Shown here: positions 18,983 through 26,343 of the stretch, piece after piece
Layout of the letters: each line of letters starts with the position of its first letter
Numbering within the stretch: the stretch's first letter is position 1
DNA from: Alphaproteobacteria bacterium
Lineage (GTDB): Bacteria > Pseudomonadota > Alphaproteobacteria > UBA7887
Length of the DNA stretch: 64,000 nucleotides
Assembly: GCA_965216755.1 (NCBI GenBank)
Contig: CBDCGL010000011.1
Coordinates: 2,912,001 to 2,976,000, forward strand
Direction of reading: 5' to 3'
Position numbers and translations under genes: made by a program
The notes under the pieces: generated by a model
Told to the model about the DNA's origin: nothing
Databases searched by the model: none
Seen by the model: only the letters and a program-made list of their open reading frames with translations

Positions 18983-19783
18983 TCACCGACCCACGAAACG
19001 CGGCACACGCCGTTCGGCCATGGCCCGCACGCCTTCGGCGAAATCTTCGGTTTGGCGCAAGCGTTCTTGGATGGCGAGTTCGTGGTCCGTGGCCGCGGCG
19101 ATTTTGTCGGCGAGACCGGCGCGCAGGGTGGCGCGCGTTTCTTGAGTCCCGCGCGGTGATGATTCGGCGATTTCCGCGGCCAATCCGATCGCGGCGGCGC
19201 GCACCTGGTCTTGCGGGACCAAAAGATCGGCCAAGCCCATGTCAAAGGCTTCATCGCCCTTGAACCGGCGGCTGGTGTAAAACATCAGCGCCGCCTTGCT
19301 GATGCCAATGACGGCCGGCAAAGTGACGGTCAGGCCAAAGCCCGGATGAAAACCCAAGCGGGTGAAATTGGCGCAAAAGCGCGCCTCCGCACAGGTGACC
19401 CGAAAATCCGGCACCATGGCCACGCCCAAGCCACCGCCAACGGCCGCGCCGTGGATCGCGCCGACGATCGGTTTGCGGGTGCGGAACAAGCGCACGGCTT
19501 CCTGATAGAGGTGGGTGACCTGAAGCGGCCGCGCACCGCTGGCCCCGGCTTCGCCACCGCCGTCGTCATCGCGCGCGCTGAAATCGGCGCCGGCGCAGAA
19601 CGATTTTCCCTGTGCCGCCAACACCAAGGCCCGAATCTGGTCATGATCGTCCAGGCTTTCGAAGGCGTCGGCAATCTCTCGGATCAAGTCATGATCGAAA
19701 AAATTGTGCGGTGGCCGCCGAATTTCGACCACCGCCACCCGATCGATCAGCTCAACCGCAATGTCTTTGTATCCGTCGGCCAT
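18983..19783 (-). CDS. enoyl-CoA hydratase/isomerase family protein
   Basis: FCAGAD, GAAVGGG and DFAEGVRA..ERR.P.F.GR motifs. Confidence 0.9.
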   Translation of the reverse strand: MADGYKDIAVELIDRVAVVEIRRPPHNFFDHDLIREIADAFESLDDHDQIRALVLAAQGKSFCAGADFSARDDDGGGEAGASGARPLQVTHLYQEAVRLFRTRKPIVGAIHGAAVGGGLGVAMVPDFRVTCAEARFCANFTRLGFHPGFGLTVTLPAVIGISKAALMFYTSRRFKGDEAFDMGLADLLVPQDQVRAAAIGLAAEIAESSPRGTQETRATLRAGLADKIAAATDHELAIQERLRQTEDFAEGVRAMAERRVPRFVGR

Positions 19784-19824
19784 TCGTCCTCCGTTGCGCT
19801 GGCATCACCAGCTTCCCACCCATG

Positions 19825-20610
19825 CTAGACCAGTGCCTTTTCCAACAGACAATCGTCGGCCAGCGGTTCGACCGGGGTGAATTCGCGTGCGGCAATGTAG
19901 TCGGGCCGGGTCGGCTTGCGAATGGCGTTCGACGCCGCGTTGGCGGTCAAATAGACGATATTACGGCTCCAAGGCGACATATTGGCCGGGCTGGCATGGA
20001 CCAGCGAGCAATGAAAGAACAGCACGGATCCGGCCGGACCCTTTGGCGCGATAATGCCATGTGCCCGGCCCAGCCGCGCGATCGTTGCATCGTCTATGGT
20101 CCACAGCCCATAGCTGGTGGTGTCGGTGTCATAGCTTGCTTCGATACGGCCATCCCGGTGCGAGCCCGGAATGAACATCAGCGGGCCGTTGAATTCGGTG
20201 ACGTCGTCCAAGAACAGCGCCACGTTGAGCGCGCGCGGCGCCGGCATGCCGTCATCGACCGCCCATGTGCCGTAATCCTGATGCCACTGCCACAAATCGC
20301 CGTGGAACGCGGCCTTTGGATTGACCTTGAATTGGTGGATGTAGATCGCCTCGCCGAGCAGATCCATCGCCGGCTCGACCAAACGCGGATGGCGGGCCAA
20401 GCGTCCAAAAAGCGGGTTGTAGGTATGCACGGCAAACGCGACGCGCACGGCGTCGCTGTCCTTTTCACGCCGAATCTCCGGGCGGCGTTGGGCGAGCAAT
20501 TCCGCCAGTTCGCCGGTCAGCCGCTGGGTTTCGGCCCGCGAGAACAGCGTGGGAAGGAACAAATAACCTTCATCGTGATACTGTTGGCATTGCTGCCTGT
20601 TCAAATGCAC
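19825..20610 (-). CDS. PhyH-family Fe(II)/2-oxoglutarate dioxygenase, EctD/proline-hydroxylase-like
   Basis: HQFKVNPK, WQWHQDYGTW..DDGMP, NGPL.FIPGSH, distal H in LVHAS..N...R. Confidence 0.85.
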   Translation of the reverse strand: MHLNRQQCQQYHDEGYLFLPTLFSRAETQRLTGELAELLAQRRPEIRREKDSDAVRVAFAVHTYNPLFGRLARHPRLVEPAMDLLGEAIYIHQFKVNPKAAFHGDLWQWHQDYGTWAVDDGMPAPRALNVALFLDDVTEFNGPLMFIPGSHRDGRIEASYDTDTTSYGLWTIDDATIARLGRAHGIIAPKGPAGSVLFFHCSLVHASPANMSPWSRNIVYLTANAASNAIRKPTRPDYIAAREFTPVEPLADDCLLEKALV

Positions 20611-20801
20611 CGGGCCTTGGCCTCCCTATATCACGCACGCATGTGCACGCAGACGACTCTATCTTCTTCTACTTCACGCCGCAGGCGCGAGCAAGTTCGG
20701 CCCCTGCCGGCGATCCGACCGCGCAGCGTTAGCGCGCCGCGAACTTGTCTCAAGCGCCGTTTTGGGCGACGTTGTGACATGGGGTTGGCCGGAAAATCCG
20801 A

Positions 20802-22208
20802 ATGATTGAACAGATCTCGCTGCAGCGCGCGCGCGAACGCACGTGGGATGTGATCGTCGCCGGCAGCAGCTTCGCCAGCATGTTCTTTGTCGCCGGACTG
20901 CCGCGCCAATTGTCGGTTTTGTTCATCGAAAAGGGCCGCCTGCAAAGCCACGATGATCAGCTCAGCAATGGCTTGCAAGGCAGGGAAAAAATCTCACAGC
21001 AAAATGACTCGCCGTTCGACAAAAGATGGGTCGCGCACACCACATTCGGCGGCAATTCCAACTGTTGGTGGGCGCAGACACCCCGCCTACATCCGAACGA
21101 TTTCCGATTGCACAGCGCCTATGGTGTCGGCACGGATTGGCCGTTGACCTATGATGACCTGGAGCCATCCTATGTCGACGTGGAATCGATGATGGAGGTT
21201 GCCGGCGGCGGCGCCGATCACCTGTTGCCGCGCAGCCGGCCCTTTCCCTATCCGCCCCACGCGCCATCGCGATCGGACAAAGTTTTGCGTGCCCATGACG
21301 GCCACTGGATTGCCGCCCCGACCGCGCGCAGCCATGGCGGGGCACGCCCAGTTTGTTGCGCCAATGGAGTGTGCACGCTGTGCCCGATCGACTCGAAATT
21401 CACTATTCTCAACAGTATCGACCAATTCGATCGCCCAGGGCTCGCCATGGTGCTCGGTGCCGACGTGCGCGCGGTGACCATCGCCAATCAGACCGCGACC
21501 GGCGTGGTGGTGAGCCATCCGGAGGGTCAATCCGAACTCGACTCCACCCTTGTGGCGTTGGGCACGAACGCCGTTTTCAATGCCGCGATTTTGCTACGCA
21601 GTGGGTTGCAATCGCCGGCATTGGGCCGCTATCTTCACGAGCAGACCTCGCGCGCGGTGCTATTGGACGTGCCGATCCCGAACTATTTCGGCGGCACCTC
21701 GATCACCGGGCATAATTATGCGTTTTACGATGGCCCGCACCGATCCGAAGCGGCGGCTGTATTGATCGAAAATTTCAACGCGCCGCCATCGATCCGCCTG
21801 GAGCGCGGTCATTGGACCGACCGGCTGTGGCTGAACCTGATCGCCGAGGACCTGCCGCAAGCGGACAATCGAGTGGTGCTTGAAAACGACGAACCGAAGA
21901 TTCTTTGGCGCGGCCACGCGGCCTATGGCAGGGCGGGTGTTGACCGCGTCGTCGCGCGGCTCGCGGAGATTCTGCCGTTCGACATTGAAGCGATGGCGCT
22001 GCAAGACTACAAGCCGTCTGATGCCCACATTCAGGGCACAACCCGAATGGGCGACAACAAGGACACATCCGTGGTTGACGGGGGCCTAAAGACGCACGCG
22101 GTGCGTAATCTTTTGGCCTTGGGCGCGGGCGCGTTTCCCGCCTGTTCGCCGGCCAATCCGACCCTGACACTGTCGGCGCTGTCATTGCGCGCGGCGCGGT
22201 TGTTGTGA
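20802..22208 (+). CDS. GMC family oxidoreductase
   Basis: FGGNSNCW, DWPLTYDDLEP.Y, CCANGVCTLCP Cys cluster, HIQGTTRMG, ANPTLTLSALSLR. Confidence 0.88.
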   Translation: MIEQISLQRARERTWDVIVAGSSFASMFFVAGLPRQLSVLFIEKGRLQSHDDQLSNGLQGREKISQQNDSPFDKRWVAHTTFGGNSNCWWAQTPRLHPNDFRLHSAYGVGTDWPLTYDDLEPSYVDVESMMEVAGGGADHLLPRSRPFPYPPHAPSRSDKVLRAHDGHWIAAPTARSHGGARPVCCANGVCTLCPIDSKFTILNSIDQFDRPGLAMVLGADVRAVTIANQTATGVVVSHPEGQSELDSTLVALGTNAVFNAAILLRSGLQSPALGRYLHEQTSRAVLLDVPIPNYFGGTSITGHNYAFYDGPHRSEAAAVLIENFNAPPSIRLERGHWTDRLWLNLIAEDLPQADNRVVLENDEPKILWRGHAAYGRAGVDRVVARLAEILPFDIEAMALQDYKPSDAHIQGTTRMGDNKDTSVVDGGLKTHAVRNLLALGAGAFPACSPANPTLTLSALSLRAARLL

Positions 22209-22630
22209 TGCGGCTGACCCGGCGCCGTTTGCTCGCCTTGATGGCGGCGACCGCCGTGGCCGGCGGGGGCGGCGTGGTGTTGAGCACCGGATTCATCAAC
22301 TGGATTCAGGCCCAGTTGGCATCGACGTTCGGGACCGATATCGCGGCACGCGCGGCGGCCGCAGGGTTCGTTGACGATTTCGCCGGATTTGTAAAGGGCG
22401 CCGAGCCCTATCACGCGTTCAGACTGCGCGCCTATTTCCGTTTGAACCCGCCGTGGGTGCCGCTGCGCACGGCCAAAGAGGCACGGATCAAAGACCAATT
22501 GCTGCGCCAATTCGTTCTGTCGACGAACATCGTTTTGGTCGAGGAAACCGGCGCCGATTTTTCCTATTTGGGCCTCTACGACCCCTATCGCACGCCTTGC
22601 GCCAACCCCCTCGCCGCCTCTTTCCAATAG
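22205..22630 (+). CDS. Tat-signal small protein, probable GMC partner subunit
   Basis: LTRRRLL twin-arginine motif with hydrophobic helix; overlaps GMC stop; C-terminal YDPY..C.NP. Confidence 0.7.
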   Translation: MMRLTRRRLLALMAATAVAGGGGVVLSTGFINWIQAQLASTFGTDIAARAAAAGFVDDFAGFVKGAEPYHAFRLRAYFRLNPPWVPLRTAKEARIKDQLLRQFVLSTNIVLVEETGADFSYLGLYDPYRTPCANPLAASFQ

Positions 22631-22631
22631 C

Positions 22632-22733
22632 ACCCAATTACGGTGACAGTTTACTAAATATACTATATATTGACAACATCAATCAGAACATGCAATATGT
22701 GGTATATTTAGTAAACTGTCACTGTAATTGGGT
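22632..22733. repeat. long palindromic element, copy 1 (REP/MITE-like)
   Basis: 41-bp arms 22632-22672 and 22693-22733 with 3 mismatches, 20-nt loop; core TTACGGTGACAGTTTACTAAATATAC. Confidence 0.9.
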
Positions 22734-22744
22734 AAACAACAGAC

Positions 22745-22821
22745 TGGCGACCCCGGCAGGATTCGAACCTGCGACCTACAGATTAGGAATCTGCCGCTCT
22801 ATCCAACTGAGCTACGGGGCC
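22745..22821 (-). tRNA. tRNA-Arg(CCT)
   Basis: Reverse complement GGCCCCGTAGCTCAGTTGGATAGAGC-GGCAGATT-CCT-AATCTGT-AGGTCGCAGGTTCGAATCCTGCCGGGGTCG-CCA; full cloverleaf. Confidence 0.97.
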
Positions 22822-22898
22822 GTGGCGCGTTGCTTATCAAACGGCACGGCACGCCGCCAGTGAAATGCGTGACCGCGCTGGGCGCTCTGACCTGAACG

Positions 22899-23020
22899 GG
22901 TTACGGTGGTTACGGTGGTTACGGTGACAGTTTACTAAATATACCAAATATTATAGCATACTAGCATATGGCACAATATTTAGTATATTTAGTAAACTGT
23001 CACCGTAATGCACCGTAATG
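22899..23020. repeat. long palindromic element, copy 2, with terminal tandem duplications
   Basis: 34-bp arms 22919-22952 and 22975-23008 with 1 mismatch; (GGTTACGGT)x3 at 22899-22925 and (CACCGTAATG)x2 at 23001-23020. Confidence 0.9.
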
Positions 23021-23429
23021 GCGCCAAAACCCGGCCCAGGGCGACGATTTCCGGGGTGGCCATGCGGCCCGTGGCGATGGCGTCGTCGGGGTGCCAAAAG
23101 GCGAGCTCCAGCGGTTCATGGTCGGGCGCCAGCGGTTCACCATCCGCCGCAACGCTATAGTATAGCGGTGTGTAGTTGCGCAGCGTCCACGGGCTCAGCA
23201 ATGTGCCCGGGCCATGCAGCAGGGTCAGCGGCGTAATGTTCAGCCCGCATTCTTCTTGAAATTCCCGCGCCAGCGCGCGCTCGGGCGTTTCGCCAGCCTC
23301 CACCGCGCCGCCGGGAAACTTCAATACATCGCGGCCACCAAAATGCTCCGCCGCCATCAGCACGCGGCCGTCGCGCACCAACAGGCCGTAGACACGTAAA
23401 TTACAGGGCCCGTCCGCCCGCCCGGTCAC
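22989..23429 (-). CDS. NUDIX hydrolase
   Basis: Nudix box FPGGAVEAGETPERALAREFQEECGL; GTG start overlaps prpE stop; stop codon lies inside the repeat. Confidence 0.85.
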   Translation of the reverse strand: MTGRADGPCNLRVYGLLVRDGRVLMAAEHFGGRDVLKFPGGAVEAGETPERALAREFQEECGLNITPLTLLHGPGTLLSPWTLRNYTPLYYSVAADGEPLAPDHEPLELAFWHPDDAIATGRMATPEIVALGRVLAPLRCITVTVY

Positions 23430-25327
23430 GATTTGGGATAGCCGATTGTTTTCAGGCTGTCGGCGATCTCGTCCAAAATCGCCGGGTCGTCGATGGTCGC
23501 CGGCATGCGATAGCCCTCGCCATTGGCGATCTTTTGCATGGTGCCGCGCAAGATCTTGCCGGAGCGTGTCTTGGGCAGCCGCTCGACCACGGTCGCGGTC
23601 TTGAATGCCGCCACCGGGCCGATCTTTTGGCGCACCATGGCGACCACCTCGGTAATGATTTCCTCGTGCGGCTTGTTGACGCCCGCTTTCAACACCAACA
23701 GGCCGAGCGGCACCTGGCCCTTGAGCGCGTCGTTCACCCCCATCACCGCGCATTCGGCGACGTCTTGGTGGGCGGCCAGCACCTCTTCCATGCCGCCGGT
23801 GGACAAGCGGTGGCCGGCGACGTTGATGATGTCGTCGGTGCGGGTCATGACGAAGACATAGCCGTCTTCGTCTATGTAACCGGCATCGCCGGTCTGGTAA
23901 TAGCCCGGAAACTCCGTGAGGTAGGACTCGACATAGCCTTGGTCGTTGTGCCACAGGGTGGGCAGGCAGCCCGGCGGCAGCGGCAGCTTGATCGCCAAAG
24001 CGCCGATCTCACCGGGCGCCACCGGGTGGCCGGTTTCATCCAACACATCGAGACGATAGCCGGGCGACGGCTTGGTCGACGAGCCGGCTTTTTCCGGCAG
24101 CAACCCAAGGCCGACAAAGTTGGCCGCGATCGCCCATGAGGTTTCGGTCTGCCACCAATGGTCGACCACCGGCCGCTGCAAATGCGCCTCCGCCCAGGCA
24201 AGGGTATCCGGATCGAGCCGCTCGCCAGCCAGGAACAAGGTGCGGAAAGCGCTCAAATCATAGCCGGCCAACAATTTCGCTTCGGGGTCGTCGCGGCGAA
24301 TGGCGCGAAACGCGGTCGGCGCGGTGAACAGCACGTTCACTTTGTGCTCTGCCAGCACCCGCCAAAACGCGCCGGCATCCGGTGTGCCGACCGGCTTGCC
24401 CTCATACAAAATCGTCGTGCACCCATGAATAAGCGGCGCATAAACGATGTAGGAATGGCCGACCACCCAGCCGACGTCGGACGCCGCCCAATAGACATCG
24501 CCGGGCGCGACGCCGTAGATATTGGTCATGGTCCAATTGAGCGCGACCATATGGCCGCCATGGTCGCGGACCACGCCCTTCGGGATACCCGTGGTGCCCG
24601 AGGTATACAGGATATAGAGCGGATCGGTGGCGGCGACGGGCACGCAGGCTTGTGGCTGGGCGTCGGCGATCGCGTCGACCCAGCTGACATCGCGGCCCGG
24701 CAGCAGCGCCGCCTCGGCCATCGGCCGCTGCGCAATGATGCAATGCGCCGGCTTGTGGTCGGCGATGTCGATCGCTTCATCGAGCAAGGGCTTGTATTCG
24801 ACGATCCGCCCCGGCTCGATGCCACAGCTGCCGGCGACAATGACCACCGGCTTGGCATCGTCGATGCGGGTTGCCAATTCGCGCGCGGCGAAACCGCCGA
24901 ACACCACCGAATGCACCGCGCCAATGCGCGCACAGGCGAACATGGCGATCAGCGCCTCTGGCACCATCGGCATATAGATCAGCACACGATCGCCCTTGCC
25001 AACGCCATGCCTGACCAGGGCGCCAGCAAAGGTAGCGACGTGGTCACGCAATTCGCGGTAGGTGAAGCTCTGCTTGGTGTCGGTAACCGGGCTGTCGTAG
25101 ATCAGTGCCGCTTGGTCGCCACGGCCCAAATCGTCCACGTGGCGGTCGAGCGCGTTATAACACGTGTTGGTCACACCACCCATGAACCAGCGGTAAAAGG
25201 GCGGGTTCGAATCGTCCAGAACCTTGTCCCACGGCTTGAACCAATGCAGTTGGTTGGCAGCTTCGGCCCAAAAGCCCTGTGGGTCTTCTGCCGCGCGGGC
25301 ATAGGTTTCCTGATAGCGGCTGGTCAT
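23426..25327 (-). CDS. prpE: propionyl-CoA synthetase (acetate/propionate-CoA ligase)
   Basis: YILYTSGTTGIPKG, ASDVGWVVGHSY, DHWWQTET, RTDDIINVAGHRLS, LPKTRSGKILR. Confidence 0.9.
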   Translation of the reverse strand: MTSRYQETYARAAEDPQGFWAEAANQLHWFKPWDKVLDDSNPPFYRWFMGGVTNTCYNALDRHVDDLGRGDQAALIYDSPVTDTKQSFTYRELRDHVATFAGALVRHGVGKGDRVLIYMPMVPEALIAMFACARIGAVHSVVFGGFAARELATRIDDAKPVVIVAGSCGIEPGRIVEYKPLLDEAIDIADHKPAHCIIAQRPMAEAALLPGRDVSWVDAIADAQPQACVPVAATDPLYILYTSGTTGIPKGVVRDHGGHMVALNWTMTNIYGVAPGDVYWAASDVGWVVGHSYIVYAPLIHGCTTILYEGKPVGTPDAGAFWRVLAEHKVNVLFTAPTAFRAIRRDDPEAKLLAGYDLSAFRTLFLAGERLDPDTLAWAEAHLQRPVVDHWWQTETSWAIAANFVGLGLLPEKAGSSTKPSPGYRLDVLDETGHPVAPGEIGALAIKLPLPPGCLPTLWHNDQGYVESYLTEFPGYYQTGDAGYIDEDGYVFVMTRTDDIINVAGHRLSTGGMEEVLAAHQDVAECAVMGVNDALKGQVPLGLLVLKAGVNKPHEEIITEVVAMVRQKIGPVAAFKTATVVERLPKTRSGKILRGTMQKIANGEGYRMPATIDDPAILDEIADSLKTIGYPKS

Positions 25328-25391
25328 CGTCGGCGCCCTCCCGTTTGTGAACGGCAGTTTGCGCCAATCGCGCCCGCTTTTGAAGCGGGCC

Positions 25392-25427
25392 AAAAACAAA
25401 AGCGCCCGGTGTCACCACCGAGCGCTT
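25392..25427 (-). terminator. probable intrinsic terminator downstream of the yccA-like gene
   Basis: Stem AAGCGCTCGGTG/CACCGGGCGCTT followed by TTGTTTTT on the minus strand. Confidence 0.65.
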
Positions 25428-25453
25428 GGGGCTTGTTCGACTGCGGCGCGCGC

Positions 25454-26164
25454 TTATTCGCGATTGCCCATCAAGTGCAGCAGAAACATGAACAGGTTAA
25501 GCAGATCCAGATACAGGGTCAATGCACCCATGATCGCCTTTTTCTCGGCGACTTGCGCGCCGTCCGCCGATTGATACATCAGCTTTAGCTTTTGCGTGTC
25601 ATAAGCGGTGAGACCGGTGAAGATCAGCACGCCAATGATCGAGATCGCGAAGTCCAGCGCCGAGGAAGCCATGAAGATATTGACCACCATGGCGATGATC
25701 AGGCCGATCAGGCCGACGATCAAAAACTGGCCGATCGACTGCAGCGAGCGTTGGGTGGTGTAGCCGTACAAGCTCATGGCGCCGAACACGGCGGCGGCCA
25801 AGAAGAACGCCCGCGCGATACTGGCGCCGGTGTAGATATGGAAGATCGAGGCCATCGACAGGCCCATGACCCCGGCGAAGGCCCAAAACAGCAACTGCGA
25901 GGCGCCAACGCTCAGTTTCTGGATGCCGAAGCTCAGCACCAAAATGAAACCCAGCGGCGCCAACGCGACAACCCAACGTAGGCCGCTGCCGTAAATGGTC
26001 GCCATGGCGGTATCGGACGACGCCACGGCGAACGCCACCACCCCGGTCAGGCCCATGGCGAGAGCCATGTAGTTATAGATCTTCAGCATATAGGCGCGCA
26101 GACCGGCATCGACGTCGGCACGCACACCGGTTGGTTGAATAACGCGTTCGCGCTCAAAGGCCAT
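25454..26164 (-). CDS. Bax inhibitor-1/YccA family membrane protein
   Basis: DAGLRAYM.KIYNYM, AYDTQKLK, GALTLYLD..NLF. Confidence 0.92.
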   Translation of the reverse strand: MAFERERVIQPTGVRADVDAGLRAYMLKIYNYMALAMGLTGVVAFAVASSDTAMATIYGSGLRWVVALAPLGFILVLSFGIQKLSVGASQLLFWAFAGVMGLSMASIFHIYTGASIARAFFLAAAVFGAMSLYGYTTQRSLQSIGQFLIVGLIGLIIAMVVNIFMASSALDFAISIIGVLIFTGLTAYDTQKLKLMYQSADGAQVAEKKAIMGALTLYLDLLNLFMFLLHLMGNRE

Positions 26165-26343
26165 CGGAAGCAATCCTCACATTCTGGGAATTCAGACCTA
26201 TGGGGTCTTATATGGTCGGTGGGCCGGTGACATCAAGGCAAATGTCGCCCAACCGGCCAATGAAAAGCCCCCCTCAAAACCAAGGTTTCGGCCATTCTCG
26301 GCACTATTATCCGCGGTTCGCGCGGTATCGTCCATAGCAGCGG

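Noticed and set aside
19825-20610. ectD assignment
   Set aside because: The signature deviates from the EctD consensus and no ectoine synthesis genes are nearby.
22632-23020. CRISPR array
   Set aside because: The repeats are inverted arms of two hairpins, not direct repeats with unique spacers, and no cas genes are present.
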